A stretch of DNA of 64,000 nucleotides, from assembly GCA_951406725.2 (NCBI GenBank), contig OX597816.1, positions 9,982,001 through 10,046,000 on the forward strand, given 5' to 3'. Below the pieces are notes generated by a model, which was not told the origin of the DNA, ran no database searches, and saw only the letters and a list, made by a program, of their open reading frames with translations. This stretch comes from Octopus vulgaris. Taxonomy: Eukaryota. How positions within the stretch are numbered: position 1 is the first letter of the stretch; each line of letters opens with the position of its first letter. Positions 25,259 to 37,684 of this stretch are shown here, one piece after another. A program made the position numbers and the translations under genes.

Positions 25259-26624
25259 AATATACAAACTGTGCTTGTATGTTACCTTTGAAGAATGCTT
25301 TCTCTTTTCAGACAATATGTATTAAAAACCCACCAGATTAATTGATGTGAGAGGATTTTGAGTCACTGGTGTTTCAATCTGGTTGCATCTCCTCAGTCAA
25401 AGCTAACCCCTGATCATTCAACCTAAACAAGAATAAAATTGTAGCTTTTGTTTATAGAATTCAGCAAACAAACGATTTGCTGAAGTCTACCGAAATCGAT
25501 AATAAATTATATTTATGTGAAAACAGGAAGAATCAAACCGAAGGTATTCTATGAAAGTGAAATGCAACAGTGATTAACATACTTCTGTTCAAATCTGCTG
25601 GAACATATTACAAAAGAATGTTTGTCATTGTCAGTATTTTCTCATTATATTGGTGATTCTTTCATCTCGCAGAGGGAAAAAAAATAAGTATGATGTAGGG
25701 GTACGGCTGTTTGATTAGGTTGACAGAGTGTAACTAATATTTTACTGAACATTTTGAAAGGTTACAAAGGTGAGGGAAAAAAGGGGGGAGAGAGAGAGAG
25801 AGAGAGAATAAAGAATAAAAACACCACTGAAACATCAAAGTGTTTGTGAAAGGATAACAAATTAAAAATAGATTTGTTATACCTATATTGTTTTGGTTAT
25901 TGGTCTTTTTATCCAAACACACTTGATGCACTTTTTGTTTCTTTTATTTAATCATCTCTGACATGTTTTCCACACTCACTTGTATACAAACCCTTTGTTA
26001 AACCCCTTACAATATTTTTTTGTGTGTGTATGTGTTTATATTGAATTTTGTCAATAATATTACCATTTGTTATAGATTTCCAGTGAACCAGGCAGTGTTT
26101 TTTCTCTCCGTGGAAGGGACATAATATCTGTAACTCTCTGAATAAGCATCAAAGTTCTTTTGTTTAATACTCAGTTTATCAGAAATTTTCTCATAGATGT
26201 ATATATTTTTCATCAATATACACAAACATGTGTTATGTAGACAAACTGAATAAAAAGCCTGGATATACACACGCGCACACACACACACACACAAAATATA
26301 TACTTCTGTATCAATTCCATTTATCAAATTTCATTCATAAATCATTGGCTGGCCTGAGACTATAGCAGAACATATTTACCCAAAGTGACACCTAGTAGGA
26401 TGGAACCCCAAACTACTTGGTTGTAAAGCAAACTTCTTAACCACACGTCCATACCTGCACCTTACTCCCACCCCAAAACTTCTATACTGATTCTTTCTGC
26501 CAAATTCCATTAACAAATCATTGGTCATTCTGAGGCTAAGATAGAAGACACTTGTCCAAGATGCGATGCAGTAGGATTGAAACTGCATCAGTATGGTTGC
26601 AAAGCTGACATTTTAACAACTCAT

Positions 26625-26994
26625 TTGGTGAATTACTTCACCTTTCACCTTAAAGGGAAAATAGGGCTAGAGAGAAAATGCCTGACTGTGAAAATGTTGA
26701 AAATCGATGGGAGAATGTAGCACAGATATTGCGTGTGGATGGAACCTCATGAATGTGACACAGGATGTAACTCAGGTATCAGTGGAAAGGCAGGGCTCGT
26801 GGGGTCCGAATTAAATCCCACCCCACTCCATCCGTAATGTCTTCCGGTCTGTCCTACCATTAGATTTTATTATATTTTCTTATTTTTGTAAAATTTTTAA
26901 TGTCACTTTCTTTGTATAATCATTCGCTCATCTGACCCCAAAATCAGATTGTATTGTCCCCTCTTTGTTGGCCCCTTGTTGGTAATAAAACATC
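26625..26994 (+). mobile_element. 5'-truncated Tx1/L1-like LINE 3' end
   Basis: 16 bp TSD CATTTTAACAACTCAT (26609-26624 and 26995-27010); residual NYFTFHLKGKIGLERKCL..(fs)ENRWENVA resembling a Tx1-type ORF2 C-terminus; AATAAA tail. Confidence 0.65.
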
Positions 26995-27482
26995 CATTTT
27001 AACAACTCATCCACAATTTCTACTTATATCACTAACGACCCTTTTAAAGGTTTGAATACCCATCAACCCATCTATTCTAGTCTGAGACATTGTGCTTTTT
27101 TTTGATAAATCTGTATTTACTAAAACTTCAAGTCATTGCAACATTTTCAATCTGTTTACTTTGAAGTTTAAACAAAGGACTTGTCAGATACTGGAATTGC
27201 CGTAATCAACAATACTCATCTTTAAAATAGGAGTCCTTGCACCTAGGTTGGAGATGATTAAAATACTTAGTGGCATTTGTTTTAGCATAATATATTCTGA
27301 GTTCAAATCCTGCTGAAGTCACTGTTGCATTTCAGACTCAATAAATGAAGTACCAGTCAAAAATTAAGGGTGATAATATCAGTTAACACCTTACCCTCAA
27401 TGTTGTTGGTTTTGTGCCTAAATCAGGAACTTTATATATCAAATGTTATATAGGGAAATAGGCATGGCTTTATCATTTAGAA

Positions 27483-28054
27483 CAGAGGTTCTCAAACTTT
27501 TTGGGCCACAGCCCCACTCTTAGCCACATAATACCCTCAGTGCCCCTACTCCTATTTTTATCTCTATATAAATGGCAAAATGTCTGTCTGTGTGTGTGTG
27601 TCCTTTATACAAATCCACAATTTTTCAGTTAGAGGGGTCGCACTTTCAATGGTCATTCAAAACCGTCCAAGGGTGGTCGTGCACATCTTTACATTTCCCA
27701 AGTCACCCTGCAAAGCCATTAAAAAATCAATAGAAGTGACTTTTTTGTGAATTTTCTATCCAAAACCCAATCAAAATGCCCAAAACTTGATACGCCAATT
27801 GAATGCCAGCTAGCTGTATGTGATTGCTCGGAGATTTGGACAGTACTCGCATGTATGTGCGCATGCATGCAGCTGTATATGCATGCACTAGCACTATGAC
27901 CCAGGGTTGCCGGGTCATAGTGCTAGTGTATAAATAAAAATTTTATATTTTACTAATTTATATACACTATGAATCATTTGATATTTAGAAGCTACTGCCC
28001 CCTTAGATACCAGCGCCCACCAGGGGGCAGTAACACCCACTTTGAGAACCTATG
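27483..28054. mobile_element. hAT (Charlie-like) MITE
   Basis: TIRs CAGAGGTTCTCAAA / TTTGAGAACCTATG and perfect 8 bp TSD ATTTAGAA (27475-27482 and 28055-28062). Confidence 0.85.
27561..27926 (+). mobile_element. Non-autonomous Helitron nested in the hAT MITE
   Basis: TC...CTAG, A|T target, reverse-complement homologue of 11175-11550. Confidence 0.8.
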
Positions 28055-28374
28055 ATTTAGAAGGACACTTCTTAACCATATAACTTCAAGTTTAGTTCCA
28101 CTGCATAGCATCTTAGGTGTACGTGTTCTGTGATAGTCCTGAGCTGACCAAAGTCTTGTGAGAGAATTTTGGTTGATAAAAACTGAGAAAAGCTTGTTCT
28201 GGTTTCCAGCCCTTTATGCATTTCTTTTTGTTTTCCTTCCCCCTCTCTCTCTCTCTCTCTCTCTCTCACTGACTGTTTTTCTTTCTCATTCTTTCTAAGT
28301 TTTTCTTGTTTTTTTCTAATGAAACATTAATGTCTGGAGCATTGAGGCACTTTCTCTTTTCATTAGAATGTTAA

Positions 28375-28725
28375 AAGCTACAAATGGAAATTGTAGTTGC
28401 GATACCTGTGCCGGTGGCACATAACAACACCATCCGAATGTGGCCGATGCCAGTGCCGCTTTGACTGGCGTCTGTGCCAGTGGCACGTAAAAAGCAGCAA
28501 CCTATTGTGGACATTGCCAGCCTCCTCTGGCCCCTGTGCCAGTGGCACGTAAAAAGCACCCACTACACTCACAGAGTGGTTGGCGTTAGGAAGGGCATCC
28601 AGCTGTAGAAACACTGCCAGATCAGACTGGAGCCTGGTGCAGCCTTCTGGCTTCCCAGACCCCGGTCAAAACCGTCCAACCCATGCTAGCATAGAAAACA
28701 GACGTTGATGATGATGATGATGATT
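28375..28725 (+). mobile_element. Family D element
   Basis: Three monomers, common body and (GAT)n; further copies at 33215-33610, 44753-45028, 47668-47960, 54221-54441 and 63850-64000. Confidence 0.85.
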
Positions 28726-30305
28726 TAACCTTGTCCCTCTTGTGTAGTCATTTCTTATTATTTATTGCATTCACACTATGCATGTGTATGTGTGTGTTTA
28801 TGTATGTTTGGGCATAAGCTTAGAAAACTAAGCTTAGCTCCAGTTATGGATAGTGATGTCACTGTTTGGTGTAGGCCTTCAAACAGTGAAGTTTGTTGGC
28901 AAATCATGTCAAGAAAAACCATCCACTATCTCTGTGCTTTTGGATTCCTCTTGAATAAAAAAAAATTCCCTTACTTGAAAAAACAGGTAAGCACTGCTGA
29001 TTGAAAGTGCTTCCGGCTATAAAAGTCCTGCCTCGGAAATTACCTCTCAGCCATGCTGTTATGGTAACAGAGATGAAATGAATGATAGAAGCAACACCCT
29101 AGCATAATTTTAGCTGTGATGGTTAAAAGCAAATTAAAGAGAACTACAGATATGTTTGTGACATGATTAAAATCTCTTAACCAATAGCTTCCAAATTTAA
29201 TAATTATTAAATTCTCAGCTACTACACTTCTTTTTTTGCTTTGATTGGAATTATTTTGATGTTCTGTTTGATAAAACTAAAACATATTTGAAATGAAAAA
29301 TACCAACAAAAATCCACTGGAAATCTATATCAGTATTTCCTTTTTCTCATAAGTAGAAAATATAAGTTTGATTTTAACTGGAAATACAAAATGTAATTTA
29401 TCAGAAATATTGGAATTATAGGCTGACTTTGACTGTCACATAAAGCCAAGCTAATATATAATTTCATTTTTTTAATTTTTTTAAAAATTTGATATATTAA
29501 TCCTGACATTAAATTTTAAAAGTGCCACATACTGTTAATTATTGGAAAGATTTGATGCAAAAGTTTCAGTTTAATCGGTAGAAAAGAAAAGAAAAATGTA
29601 TTGAAAAATCCACAGAGATATTGGAAGAAAAAAAAATGTTTTAATGTACTAACCGTTTACAAGAAGTCTGTGACACTGCTAAGTTTGTTATGATAAATGT
29701 TCGACTGAGATGACAATAATGTTTCTACTGTGTGAATATCTGCTGAATATTGCAGAGATATTAATCTGACGAGATATTTAATTGATTTTGTTTCTAAAGC
29801 TTTGCAAATTTGTAAACTGGGCTTTCACTTTATTAAAAAGGAAAACAAATAATTTTTGGCTTTAAGTCTAAGCTAAATAGGATGATTGATTTTTGCCTCA
29901 ACTATTTAATGCTGTTGCTGTACTCTGCGTTTTAACACAGTTTTACTGGAATATTATACACACACATGCATATTTATACATGTGTGTAATAAACATTCAT
30001 CGCATCAGATGCTGAAAAAAAATAAAAAAGAAGATAAAGGTAGATATCTTTCTAGATATCAGCAATATTTGTTATTGATCATAGTTTGGGAGATATTGAG
30101 AGCCTGACTGGATGTTTTAATGCATTCTAATCTTCACTGGTCTGAGTTCAAATCCTACCGGAGATGTGGCGTAAAGAACTTTTATTGAACAAAAGTAGAA
30201 ATAGCTGTCTGTTTCCCTTTTTTTTGCAATATTGATTTTGTCTTTCCACAAATGCATTATTAATTGATTCTGAGGTCTTTCAGAAACATCAGTGAATTTT
30301 TCTTT

Positions 30306-30540
30306 TTAACCCTTTTATTACAATATATTTGCTGAATTACAAATGCTTTTATTTCAATTATCTTTTTTACTGTAATGAAGAATCTAGTACAATGACTTTG
30401 GTATTTCTGAGCTGGTATTTTCAAATATAAATTACTATGAAAATTTGACAGGGATTTTTCATTCAGATCACTTTAAAGCAGGAAGTTAGTATCATACAAT
30501 TAGGGGTCAGTTTCAGGTGGCTTGGTATCAAGAAAGTTAA
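30306..30540. mobile_element. Old TTAA-flanked MITE-like repeat
   Basis: TTAACCCTTT...AAAGTTAA ends; related inverted copy at ~10855-11050. Confidence 0.4.
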
Positions 30541-30571
30541 TGTTGTGCTAGAGCTATTTGTATAACTGTGT

Positions 30572-30645
30572 GCAAGAGACCACCATGTCACAGAGTGAGG
30601 GACTCTTTCAAAGGCTTTCTCCATATCAATGAGTGCTAAACACAA
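30572..30645 (-). mobile_element. RTE-type reverse transcriptase fragment
   Basis: LALIDMEKAFERVPHSVTWWSL (cf. DLEKAFDRVPR..IWWAL). Confidence 0.7.
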
Positions 30646-30856
30646 TGAGGAAATATCACTTTGCTTAGAAACTGGAAGGTTGGCAATAGAATTATATATA
30701 TATATACACGACGGGCTTCTATTTCTATCAGTTTTTGTCTACCAAATCCACCCACAAAGCTTTGGTGAACCCAAAGCTATAGTAGAAGACACTTGCTCGA
30801 GGTACCATGCAGTGGGACTGAACCTGGAACCATGTGGTTGGGAAGCAAGCTTCTTA

Positions 30857-31264
30857 ATTCTTTATTGCCCACAAGGGGCCAAACATAGAGGGGACAAACA
30901 GATTAAGTTGATTACATCGATCCCCGTGCGCAACTGGTACTTATTTAATCGACCCCGAAAGGATGAAAGGCAAAATCGACCTTGGCGGAATTTGAACTCA
31001 GAACGTAACGGCAGACGAAATACCTATTTCTATTTCTTTACTACCCACAAGGGGCCAAACACAGAGAGGACAAACAAGGACAGACAAACAGATTAAGTCG
31101 ATTATATCGACCCCAGTGCATAACTGGTACTTATTTAATCAACCCCAAAAGCATGAAAGGCAAAGTCGACCTCAGCAGAAATTGAACTCGGAACATAGCA
31201 GCAGACGAAATACCGCTAAGCATTTCGCCCTGCATGCTAACAATTCTGCCAGTTCGCTGCCTTA
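30857..31264 (-). mobile_element. SINE family B dimer nested in a family A head
   Basis: Junction GAAATAC|CTATTTC at 31023/31024. Confidence 0.85.
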
Positions 31265-31812
31265 AGCCTGGGCAATATTGTATGAAGAACTAGTTGTTTC
31301 TTATGCAACATGTTTCTACTTTCCATGTCACTGAGGGATTCAAGAAGGAACAGTATGGCCCTTAGAATTTGGCACCAGCACTATTCCAAGGGTTGTCAAA
31401 ACAAGGTTATTAAACTGCTTCAGAGACTTCAACTCCTGAGTCTTCCCCCAAGGTTGGTTCCTGAAGCTTTTCCCATGGCTGAGTATGACTGTGAGGCAGT
31501 ATAGGTTTATAGTAAGCTTCTTGCCACACAGCCACTCCTGTGCCTTTGTGGACTAAACATTCATTGAAATGGTGTTCTTTATTTCCAGTTCTCTGCATAA
31601 CCATGTCTGGGCTGTTGTTCGATAGACTGGGAGATTATAACTTGCTCAGATAAAGGTAAGGGTTGGTGTCCGGAAGGGTGTCTGGCAGTAGAAATGTTTG
31701 CCATAATGTAGTCTTGTCTGATCCATGCAGGCATGGAAAAGAAGACAGTAAATCAATAATGACAATGATGAAACAATGACTAACTGCACATAAACTAAAT
31801 ACAGTTCTATTA

Positions 31813-32114
31813 TTCTATTGTGTCTGGGGAGAGTCATTTTCTTTTTGTGCCTTATAATGTAACACACTCACCGGTAAAATTTCCACTTATTTCTTATTTT
31901 TATTGTCCTAAAATTTTCAATAGTTTTGACTCTGAAAAGGTTGCAAGATGCAATGAAAATTTTAAGACAATAAAAATAAGAAAAACATGGAAATTTTACC
32001 GGTGAGTGTGTTACATTATAAGCACAAAAAGAAAATGACTCTCCCCAGACACAATAGAATATGCTTCAACACACGAACTCATATAAAGAATCTTGCAAAC
32101 CAAATCCAAAAACG
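31813..32114. mobile_element. Foldback element with TSD and hammerhead remnant
   Basis: ~108 bp inverted arms (31811-31919 and 31954-32061); 16 bp direct repeat AAATACAGTTCTATTA (31797-31812 and 32115-32130); CTGAAAA-GGTTGC-AAGAT-GCAAT-GAAA at 31932-31958. Confidence 0.75.
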
Positions 32115-32665
32115 AAATACAGTTCTATTAGCTATCTAGAAACTGCCAATCTCAGACATTCCTGTTGTGTACGTACAGAGACACACATGCACAAATGCAC
32201 ACAGATATTCCAATTCACACATACACATACACACACACACTTTTACTATGTTGTGAGTGGGAGAAATTCTTATGAAGCTCATTAATGTTTCTATTTTCAT
32301 ATCAAAAAAGAAAACAACAGACAATCTATAGAAAGGTGAACACCACCAACAAAATTAAATGAAGATTATCTTACAAAGGCATCGTACATTTGGTTTTTCT
32401 ATTTTTGTGTCATTTTCTAAATTATGTACTTACTTATTTTAAAATGCTCATTTCCACAAAAAAAAATTATTGTTGTTCTTTCTCTTTTATTAAACATTTC
32501 AAAAACTCAAAGGGAAAACAAAAAATTAACAAGATTAACTGATAGAAAATAAAAAGAGCTAAATAATATCTTAATTACATCTCATAAAAAAAACAAAAAA
32601 AAAAAAAACCCTGTTTTCTTTGGAAAGAGTTATATATTACAAAACTTGGTTAGAATTCAACTTAC

Positions 32666-32705
32666 CATGTCTGTAATATATTCCTTTTCATCTTGTCTTC
32701 GCATA
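32666..32705 (-). CDS. Candidate 40 nt micro-exon (MRRQDEKEYITDM in one open frame)
   Basis: Minus strand TTATTGACTATTTTTTAG|exon|GTAAGT: branch-like TTGAC, pyrimidine tract and consensus donor in unique sequence. Confidence 0.3.
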
Positions 32706-33167
32706 CTAAAAAATAGTCAATAAAAAGAACGGCAAAAATACCAACCAAAATTTGCAACCTCTCATTGAATAAAGGCATGCCAAAACATTCCTTTCATCTA
32801 TGGATTTTCTTTTACCATTTTAAAGAAAGATGAATCAAGATTTCTAATCAGGAATTTAAGAAAACATTGAATATTTGAATTTAGTACAAAATCTTATAAT
32901 CTATTGATTTATCTCTCTGCTATGTAAAGTGACAGATTAGTTATAAAGTTTGGGAAACATTAATAAACAGATGATTTCCCAAATGTGATAAATAATTTCT
33001 TGTGTGTGTGTGCATGCGTGTGTGTGTGTCTGTGAATTGTGTCTGAGTTTGTGTTGGTGCGTATCATATCAAATACATTGATTCAAATTAAGCAAAATAT
33101 TATTTTACGTATATGTAACACTATAAATGCAATGACATACATACATATATATATGAATGTATGTATA

Positions 33168-33199
<32 letters not shown>

Positions 33200-33801
33200 C
33201 ATATATATATATGTATATCATCCTCATCATCGTGATTTAACATCCACTTTCCATGCTGATGTGGATTGGATGGTTTGACTGAGAACTGGCAAAAGCCGGG
33301 AGGCTGCACCAGGCTCCAATCTGATTTGGCAAGATTTCTACAGCTGGATGCTTCTCCTAACACCAACCATTCCGAAAGTGTAGTGGCTGCTTTTTACGTG
33401 CCACCGGCATGGGAGCCAACCAGATGGCACTGTCATTGACCATGCTCAAATGGTACATTTTATGTGCCACTGGTGTGGTGCCGGTCAGGTGGCACTGGCA
33501 TTGGCCACACTCAAATGGTGGTATTTACATGCCACCAGCACAGGTGCCAGTCAGGCAGTACTGGCATCGGCCATGCTCAAATGATGCTCTTTGGTCCTTT
33601 GTGCCACGAGTGCTCTGCTCTTCTCTTCATCTGACATCTACTTCCTCTCTTCACTCCTACCCACCTTCTCTCTTCAATGATACTCCAACCCCTATACTGT
33701 CAAATACAATAATAATCATGAAACCATAACTTTCTGACTAGCCATAGCTGAGGATATACTTACTTGACTATATAATATATGTGTATATGTTTATATATAT
33801 G

Positions 33802-33838
<37 letters not shown>

Positions 33839-33839
33839 A

Positions 33840-34600
33840 GTAGGTGAATAAATTATCCTATGTTTATCGTCAGCATGGAAAATTCGTTTAACCGAAACCT
33901 GGGTAGCAAATTCACGTCGAAAAACACGGTTGAAGCGACCTGTTAAGGGTAGAAACTCCAGGTTCATGTGTAGAAATTGGTGTGTTGTATATGAATAAAT
34001 GAAAGAATGGAGTCGAACGAAGATGTTAACAAAATTCCTTTACCCTCGACACATGTTTCGAAGACAGCATATTTTCATTCCAAAGGAATAAAGGGTACAT
34101 TATGCAATCTTCTCATCAGGAAAGAAAGGGAGCCTCTCTCGACAACAAGACAAACAAAAATTTCAATGATTGCCTACATGGTAAACAAAGTGATAATGAG
34201 TGTTTTTTTAAAAAAACCCGTTAGAAGAATTGTCTTCGTTCGACTCCATTCTTTCATTTATTCATATATATATATATATGTATGTGTATAAATGTATGTA
34301 TATTTTTTTTCAACGTGCACAAATAACACAGAAAAAAAGAGAAATAGTTACCAGGGTAGTAAAATATTCACATAAGTTCCAAGGATGTTACAGCCTACTT
34401 ATAAAGGTAGAAATTCCAGGGTTTAGTGATATGTTTTTGTATAACAGATAAATAAAGAAATGGAGTTAAACAGAGGTGTTATTCAAATCTTTAATACTTC
34501 TGACGTATGTTTTCAAGAAAACATTGGTATTATTCCAGAGGGGATAAAATGATGTAAAACAATGAGATTTTCTGATCAGGGATAAAAAAAAAGAAACAGC
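33840..34600 (-). mobile_element. PLE pLTR-like/foldback element plus a diverged second unit, bounded by (TA)n
   Basis: 35 bp inverted repeat (33990-34023 and 34233-34267); the second unit 34340-34600 repeats GGGTAG..GGTAGAAA(C/T)TCCAGG..AATGGAGT and a decayed hammerhead. Confidence 0.65.
34037..34130 (-). ncRNA. Type I hammerhead ribozyme, apparently intact
   Basis: Minus strand: CCTTTCTTTC-CTGATGA-GAAGATTGCATA...TATGCTGTCTTC-GAAAC-ATGT-GTC-GAGGGTAAAGG; all core bases present, GUC cleavage triplet, stems I and II pair. Confidence 0.75.
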
Positions 34601-34679
34601 ACACATCAGGAAACCATTTTAACTGAACGTGATTATTGTGTATATGATGAAGGGAATGCTGATAAGTTATATATATATA

Positions 34680-35046
34680 CTAGCAGTATCGCCCGGCGTT
34701 GCTCGGGTTTGTAAGGGAAATAACTATATAAGCATTTCAATATGGCTAACCACAAAGGGGGGGGGTTACTGTAGCTTTTACGTTCCGAGATTTAATAATA
34801 CATTTTTAGAGAGTTACTTCCCTTATATAATAGCAAAAAAATGCATTAAAAATGGGAAAAAATGATGGTAAATTTTTTTTAAAATCATAGACTCATTGTA
34901 GACGTGTGCTAATACCCAGAAGGGCTCGATATGAATCACGACTATAAGATACCCAGTTTTGGTTACACTGCACCGCAAAATGTGGGAGTAATTAGGAATC
35001 TAAATCGTAGGAGACAGACACACAACTTCACTTTCATATATAAAGA
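34680..35046 (-). mobile_element. Non-autonomous Helitron
   Basis: Same CTAGCAGTATCGCCCGGCGTTGCTCGGG end as 9031 with a different interior; TC at the far end. Confidence 0.75.
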
Positions 35047-35069
35047 TATGTTTCTGTCTTCGTTCTCTT

Positions 35070-35135
<66 letters not shown>

Positions 35136-35634
35136 GCTGGACAACCTTGTACTTCCTCGACAGCAAGACACCTGTTTCTGTCTCTTTGTCTCACTATAAC
35201 CTTTCATCACCTGACACAAGATTACCTCTTCCAATCTCCCCCCCCCCTTCTTGATAGTTTTTATTTTTGTTTTACAAGTACCTGGTGACCCTGTCAGTGC
35301 AGGTGCCACTTAAGAAGCATCTGGTCCACTCTGTAAGTGGTTGGCATTTGGAAAGGCATCCAGCTGTAAATGCCTTGCCAAAACTGACCTTGCCTGTTGC
35401 TTGTGCCATGTAAAAAGCTCTAAGTCCACTCTGCTGGGTGGTTGGTGTTACGAAGGGCATCCCGCTGTAAAAATCCTTTCAAAGCAGTCACAGAAGTCTG
35501 GTGCAGGCTTCTGCCTGGCTGGCTCTTGTGAAACCATCCCACCCATGCTAGCATGAAAGGTGGATGTTAAACAATGATGATGATGATGATGATATGTTTG
35601 TGAATACCTCTGTGTATGTGTATTTATGTGTATA

Positions 35635-36043
35635 CTAGCAGCTAAGCCCGGTTTCACCCGGTCTGTTTGGATGATGTGGCTGTGATCGTTTTTGGTTATG
35701 CATAATCTATAACAGCGTTTGTCAACCTTATCATTTCGGGTCCCCTGTTTCGATTGGAGCCCCCAGCTGTACGAAAATTTCCTGATCCCACCCCATCAGA
35801 AAACAGCTTCTAAGCAACTGGTTGTTTTAATGGCAGAAGAAAGAGGGAAATTCCATTAGAAAAGTTTTTATCGATTTTCTCGATAAGTATGGGGGTTAGG
35901 AAAAAAATACAAACTGCATTCCAATCTATGCACCTGTCTCCATACGTGTGCCATTTTTCACGCGAATCCACCCAGCCGTTTGGCTGTGAATCTCAAGACA
36001 AGAAAGAATATAACGATCACCCATGTCCAATTTATATTATAGA
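35635..36043 (-). mobile_element. Non-autonomous Helitron-like element
   Basis: CTAG end with CCGGTTTCACCCGG hairpin; far end TCTATAATATAAA on the minus strand. Confidence 0.65.
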
Positions 36044-36865
36044 TATAGCTGTGTGTTTTTATATTGTGTGTGTGTGTATTTATTTGTATGTATGTAATAT
36101 GCTCTAATAAGTTGGTTAGCTATGATTGTGTGGGGTCAAAGAGTGGAAGGAAAATTCAAATCCTGGTAGATTAGAAATAAAAGATAAATGAAGTGCGGAA
36201 TGCATTCAAATCTAGATTTTAAAGAGAAAAACAAATAATTCTTTGTTCTTCCTTCACAATCACTTTCCAGTACTGGTGTGGTGGCAATATCTTGTGTCTG
36301 TTGGACGAATTATTTCATGGCTAGATTCCTTACTCATTGCTAAGCATTCGTCTGTGATTTTGTCGTTCCACATTTTGGTTAGTCAGACAAATTAGAATAA
36401 GCAGAATTATGTGTCTTGCTCACAGACCAACATTGATTTGTTTTTATAGTGAATCATGACCTCTTGACCTCTTGATTTGAAGTTCAATACCATATCTTCA
36501 GTCATTGTATCTCAAGGAATGTATAAAATATAATATCCACTCACCCCACCATAAAAAAAAAACTGCATTATATGCCAGTCTCTTTCAATTTTTCAATTCA
36601 AAATTATTATTTTTTACATTGATTGATTTTTGTTTTATTAATTTTTGACCTTTTTTTGCTAGCTTTAGTCATTGATCTGCAGCCTTATTGGAACATTGTC
36701 TTCAAGGTTTCAGTTAATGATATTGACGCAAGTAATTATTCTTCAAAAGTCGTACTTCTGTTTAAGCAAGTTCTATTTGTTTTTTACCAAGTATGGAACA
36801 TAAACAAACAACACATGTGTATGTGTGTATATATATATATACATATATATACATATACATATGTA

Positions 36866-36992
36866 TATATATAATTGTTAAAGATGACAACAAACATTAA
36901 GGCTAAGCAAGCATCTCAAGTCATATAATGCACATGACTTGAGATGTTTGCCTTGCCTTAACGTCTGTTGTCCTCTTTAACAATTATATATA
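36866..36992. repeat. Long hairpin flanked by TA repeats
   Basis: ~58 bp imperfect arms with a ~9 nt loop (36925-36933). Confidence 0.75.
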
Positions 36993-37368
36993 TGCTATAT
37001 CGGAAATCTGCAATGGCTCCATAAATATCGTCTCGGCTACAACCTTGGAGCTCTAGTAATCTGTTACAGCATTTACCTAGCATACCTAATAGTTTAGATC
37101 ACTTGTGAACTAAACCTCCATACTTTATATATAGTAAGAGGAGGGAGATGACTGTCCAGGCAGACAATGTGTTACTCTATGTAAAGCACTAAATTATAAA
37201 GCACCAAAAGAGAATGACTCTCTCCAGACTCAACATTTGTTGTGCAGTTGTGATCACACACAAAAAAAAACTTATTACCCAACCTTCAGTAGTCGAGTAC
37301 TACTTTTTTACACCTTGTTTTGCATTTATGTACTTACTCATGTGTGTGTATATATGTATGTGCATGTA

Positions 37369-37646
37369 CAGGGTGCATAAGATATCTGAGGAGAAATTTA
37401 TGTTTATACAAAAACAGATATATAATAAGATGTAACTTTTTTTTTATCAAAAAATGCTATGAGGATAAAAAGAAACCTTCTTTTCTATATCATTATTCAA
37501 TAAAGCCACCTTCAGCTTCAACAACTGCTTCTATATGAGATCTAAGTCATCTACATGCTTCAATCAAGTGGTCTTAGTTTCTTTTGGACATTACTCTGAC
37601 TATGGCAGCTTTCAAAGAATCTTTGGTGTTATGGGCAAGTTCATTG

Positions 37647-37684
<38 letters not shown>

